Of a stretch of DNA of 64,000 nt, positions 60,235 through 64,000 are shown piece by piece. Below the pieces are notes generated by a model. That model was not told where the DNA came from. It did no database searches and worked only from the letters and a program-made list of their open reading frames with translations. Within the stretch, counting starts at the first letter, position 1, and each line of letters begins with the position of its first letter. Location of the stretch: NCBI RefSeq assembly GCF_000281045.1, contig NW_008246082.1, forward strand, positions 480,448 to 544,447, given 5' to 3'. The stretch comes from Saprolegnia diclina VS20 (Eukaryota). Both the position numbers and the translations under genes were made by a program.

Positions 60235-61509
60235 TCACGCCGCACGCTGGAGTTGCTGGAGCACGGACGCGTCAATGTTCATTTCCCGCAGCGGCAATCG
60301 CTCGGGCGACGACCGAATCGCCTTGAGAAGACACTTGGCGCCGGCAGCTCCAATCGAGTTGTTGCGCAAGTGCAGCACCTGCAGCGACGAGAAGCCACCC
60401 GACTTGAAGACGGCGGCGAGCGCACCCGCGCCCTTGTCCTGGATGACGTTCTGGCCGAGGTCAATCGTGGTGATGGTGCCGCCACGGCGCGAGAAGGCCC
60501 ACGCGAGCGCCAAGACGCCCGCATCGCCAATCTGGTTGCCCACCAGCGAGAGCGTGTCGAGCTTGCTCGAGGCGTTGGCCAGCCAGAGGCTCATGGCCGT
60601 TGCGCCGGCATCGCCGAGCGCGTTGCCCTTGCAGTGAAGCTGCGTCAAGTTCGGGCACGCACCGCTGGTAAACGCGTCAAAGAGCGAGTTGAACGGGTGC
60701 TGCAGCGTCGGCGCCAGCGACGGGAAGATGCCCGACAACGTGAGCGACTTGACACTGCGGCATCCGCCGCCACTGAGAAACGAAGCGAACGCGTGGCAGA
60801 TCGCGGTCGACGCCGACAAGTTGTTGACCGACGCAGGCTGGATCGTAAGCACTTCAACACTCGTAAAGCCTGGAAGGAACGGGCGCTGGCCCGAGAGCAT
60901 CTCGCCGAGTGTGTCCATCGACAGCGTCAGCGTCAAGCGCTCCTGCTCCGTGCAAATCGGAGTACACAGAAGCGACATGGGGATGACGCCGTTGAAGCGA
61001 GGCACGGGCGTCGGGCTCAGCTTGGCCTTTGTCCGGCGCGAGTACGAGCGCGAGAGGCTCTTCTGAACGAGCACGCCGCCTTGGATCGGCACCGGCGACG
61101 ACTGTTCGTCCGACGAATAGCCTTCGCGCGGGCTGGCCTCGCCGTCGTTGGCGTACGTCATGTGGTGCGGGCGCTTGCGCGACTCGTCGACGACGACGTC
61201 AGCCGGGCGCTTCTTCGCGAGCGTGTCGCAAATCTCGAGCGCGCTCGCATGGACGCGCTTGGGCAGCGTGCAAAGGTCCTGGTACTCGGCGCAGGAGCCC
61301 GCGAGCTGCACCAACCGGTTGTCGATGCGGGCGGCGACCTTTTGCAGGTGGCCGGTCGAGGCGGCCGACGCGCGGCTGCGTTGCTGGAGGAGCTGGACGA
61401 TCCGCGTGCGGATTTCGCGCCGCAGCGGGATCGGAATAGCGATCGTCGAGACGGGCGCCGAGGCGTGGGAGACAGGCGTCCACGCCGGTGCGGCCTGTGA
61501 TGTCATCAT
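60235..61509 (-). CDS. N-terminal KIX-like helical domain plus C-terminal RI-type LRR protein, intronless
   Basis: RREIRTRIVQLLQQR..KVAARIDNRL..AEYQDLCTLPKRV; LRRs LTQLHCKGNALGDAG, LDTLSLVGNQIGDAG, LQVLHLRNNSIGAAG. Confidence 0.75.
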   Translation of the reverse strand: MMTSQAAPAWTPVSHASAPVSTIAIPIPLRREIRTRIVQLLQQRSRASAASTGHLQKVAARIDNRLVQLAGSCAEYQDLCTLPKRVHASALEICDTLAKKRPADVVVDESRKRPHHMTYANDGEASPREGYSSDEQSSPVPIQGGVLVQKSLSRSYSRRTKAKLSPTPVPRFNGVIPMSLLCTPICTEQERLTLTLSMDTLGEMLSGQRPFLPGFTSVEVLTIQPASVNNLSASTAICHAFASFLSGGGCRSVKSLTLSGIFPSLAPTLQHPFNSLFDAFTSGACPNLTQLHCKGNALGDAGATAMSLWLANASSKLDTLSLVGNQIGDAGVLALAWAFSRRGGTITTIDLGQNVIQDKGAGALAAVFKSGGFSSLQVLHLRNNSIGAAGAKCLLKAIRSSPERLPLREMNIDASVLQQLQRAA

Positions 61510-61690
61510 CTTTGTCCTGTTGTCTGCTATGAACCACTCGCCAAAGTCGGGAATACAGCCCGAGAGCCAAAAGATAGAAAGCACAAAGAAAATGCAGCGG
61601 GCGCGGGCCGTGATTTTGCACCAAAGCACCCTCTTGGCGTTTGTATGCGCAGTATAGACACGCGCCCGCGCGCGTCTCTCTTGACAAACC

Positions 61691-61841
61691 ATTGGCCAAT
61701 CAAACGCGCCGAGAAAAGCTGGCGCCAATCGCATGGCCGATCACACTTTATGGCGCATTACGATTGGTAGATTGCATCTGGCTCGATCCAAACGGGGATT
61801 GGCGGCTATTTTTAGCACCTGCTCACACGCGGTTTCATTGG
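61691..61841. promoter_or_regulatory. Cluster of six CCAAT/ATTGG boxes upstream of the KIX-LRR gene
   Basis: ATTGG or CCAAT at 61691, 61696, 61725, 61763, 61798 and 61837; CCAAT is a known oomycete promoter element. Confidence 0.5.
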
Positions 61842-64000
61842 TCCGTGTCGTGGGCCACGTTTTATAGCAGACGTGCGTTTTCTTGTTAATGTACCAAATC
61901 TATACTGACTGACTGGTCGCCTCGCGTTATAACACATGTCGCACAATGAGACCTGGGGAGTTCCAGCAAGTTGCTGTGTTATAACGCGTTACGGACAGCG
62001 ACGCCCACCTTGCCTCCATACGTCCTGTTGGTGGCCCCATGCTACGGAGACGCGAGCTTCAGCAACACGATCGCGGTGCGTGTCTCGTGGCGGCGTCGAA
62101 GCGAAGGCGGCGGCTATACTACTTGGGAAGATGCTCGGTTCTGCGAGCTACAATTGGGTTCGAAAGTCTTTTCATGAAGGGTTTATGCGCGGGCGCGTAA
62201 AAATGGCACGTCCTGAAGGAAGACAGCAGGAGAGAAACTTCTCGAAGTCACGGCGCCTCGTGATGTGTGGTGCATAGAGCCGCAGACCCAGTCGATGTCG
62301 CGATCGTGTTCATATTTAACCTTGAAGTTCGTATCGGGAGCACACAGTGTGTGCTTCAAGTTCTCGCCCACGCTTTGTTATAACACCAGACGACTTTTGC
62401 CTTCGTGAGAGGGGTGCGGGTAGCCACGCGGCACAGCTCGGCGTTGGACTGCCAGACATGGGCAACAAGCGTTACGCCGCATGCACGCGGCGGCAACCAA
62501 GAGCTTGGTCCTGAGCATTTCCGGAAGTGCAGCGCTGCGTCCAGTGCTTGTCGATGACTTTTATGAGAGCCATAACGTGGTCTTGATCACGCCGTTGGTC
62601 ACGCTTCTCGCTGGGAGGGCCACGTTGTCGGGCGAGGATGGCAGGCGAGACAGAGTGCAATCTGCGAGGCGTTGATGCTGGGCTTGTTGGATGGTGCGCG
62701 GTGGTTTCTCGGCAACAAAAGAGCGTGTATCTCCGTCGACGTGACCTTGCACTAGTGCAGGCGCGGTGGATATGTTCCCGCCCTCATTTTGCTCTTGAGA
62801 ATGCGTTATCCGCACCGACGCCCCCATTCTTGGACGTACTCGAGGCTGTACCAGGTGGACGGCTCGATCATCCTAATCTTGGCGATTCTGCGATGACTGC
62901 TTGTGAGCTGCGATCGTCATCGCCAGGTCTCTCTATGCGCACCTGAGCTTACCACATCGAGTTGAGGATTGAGGAGGGTACAGTGCGTGGATGTCTCTCG
63001 CACAGCAGCGTTGTAGCCTTTTGTTTCCGTGTCCATGAAAAGACGCTCAATACAGCGAAATTCTGCCTCAGTACTCTGCAAGTAAGTCTGCAGCGGCGAC
63101 CGAGCGCCAAGCCTGGTGCTTCGCATCGACGCTTCGTCGAATACACTCCGCATGAGGTCCTCTGTCTCGCACGCTCGAACAGCACACAAAGCTCACCGCC
63201 GAGAAAATCGTTGGGAGACTGCCGCTTAGCGACTTCCTTTGGTATCGACTGCATCTTAGTGATAAGCCCTTTGTGCTTTGTGATATCAAGGGCCGAAAAT
63301 ATTCCTGAAGATATCGGCAAACTCTATTCGGTTTGTTTGTTTGGAGTATGGATCGATCAAACGTGTTCGTGTTGAAATCAATTCAGCGAAAACTAACTCA
63401 AATGTAGCGCTACACCTAAATGCGTGGGAGCTGGCACCAGCACTCGGTCTTTGGGCGTTGGCTGCGCACAAAGAGATCCATTCCGTAATGCGAAACTGAA
63501 AAACCAAGCAACAGAGCCTGCCACTCCACACAATGCTAGTTCCTGTAGCGCCGAGAGGCTTCCATGGATTTCCATCCAAGATAGAGCCGACTGTTTAGCA
63601 CGGGGTAGTCCAAGTGGGGAGTATTAATACACCGACCATCATACATTGGAAGCCACTGGGATCTCAATCCAAGGGCGATTCATCGAAAAAGCTAAACTCC
63701 CGCTGTGACGAGGTGCATGAATGAGTGAGCTCGTGAGGACAGAATGATGTTAGCTTTGTGTAAAGCCCGGGAAGACATATTCCGACTCGAGCTGCAGCGG
63801 CAACGTACAACAACTACCGCATAAATTGTGGGGAAGTAACAAACGTGCCTAATACAAGAGAAGAAGAGAAAATCGACTTTCGAAAGACGTCCCATCGTCC
63901 CAACCTACCGTCGACCGTCGCCATGTCATTCAAAAGTTGACCTTCTATCAAATTACCGCTATCGCCCGACTCGAGAGCTTCGATCGCAAGAAATACGTCG

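Noticed and set aside
61900..64000. Fragmentary ORFs in the lower-GC terminal region
   Set aside because: Possibly a decayed gene or element, but no family motif or consistent frame could be supported.

Overview
Gene-dense eukaryotic DNA, GC-rich, with many very short (about 40-60 nt) GT-AG introns. Gene content and style point to an oomycete, most likely Saprolegnia-like; this is inference and no database search was run. About 25 protein-coding genes can be reconstructed by eye across introns, so exon boundaries are approximate. Readily assigned genes include a TMEM117-like gene, a MAP10-like gene, a PDI, MED14, a TopBP1/Rad4-like BRCT gene, cytochrome b561, NDUFS6, a PhyH dioxygenase, a ZIP transporter, a CELF/Bruno RRM gene and a class IV aminotransferase. 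Unusual architectures include three paralogous membrane-anchored zinc-finger HECT E3 ligases, a tetraspanin-like gene with a frameshifted partial duplicate, and CBM9-like, PAN/Apple-repeat, FYVE-RING, possible kleisin, multi-GAF/EF-hand, LRR/EF-hand, UBL+Tudor-like and KIX-like+LRR proteins. Two assembly gaps interrupt the PAN gene. The most notable signals are: (1) the TM-NZF-WW-like-HECT ligase triad; (2) a palindromic TATCCGGATA-type element repeatedly found just upstream of start codons; (3) strictly alternating gene orientation over 12 genes; (4) a decayed tRNA-Thr(CGT) in an intergenic region. No CRISPR array, rRNA or intact transposon was seen.
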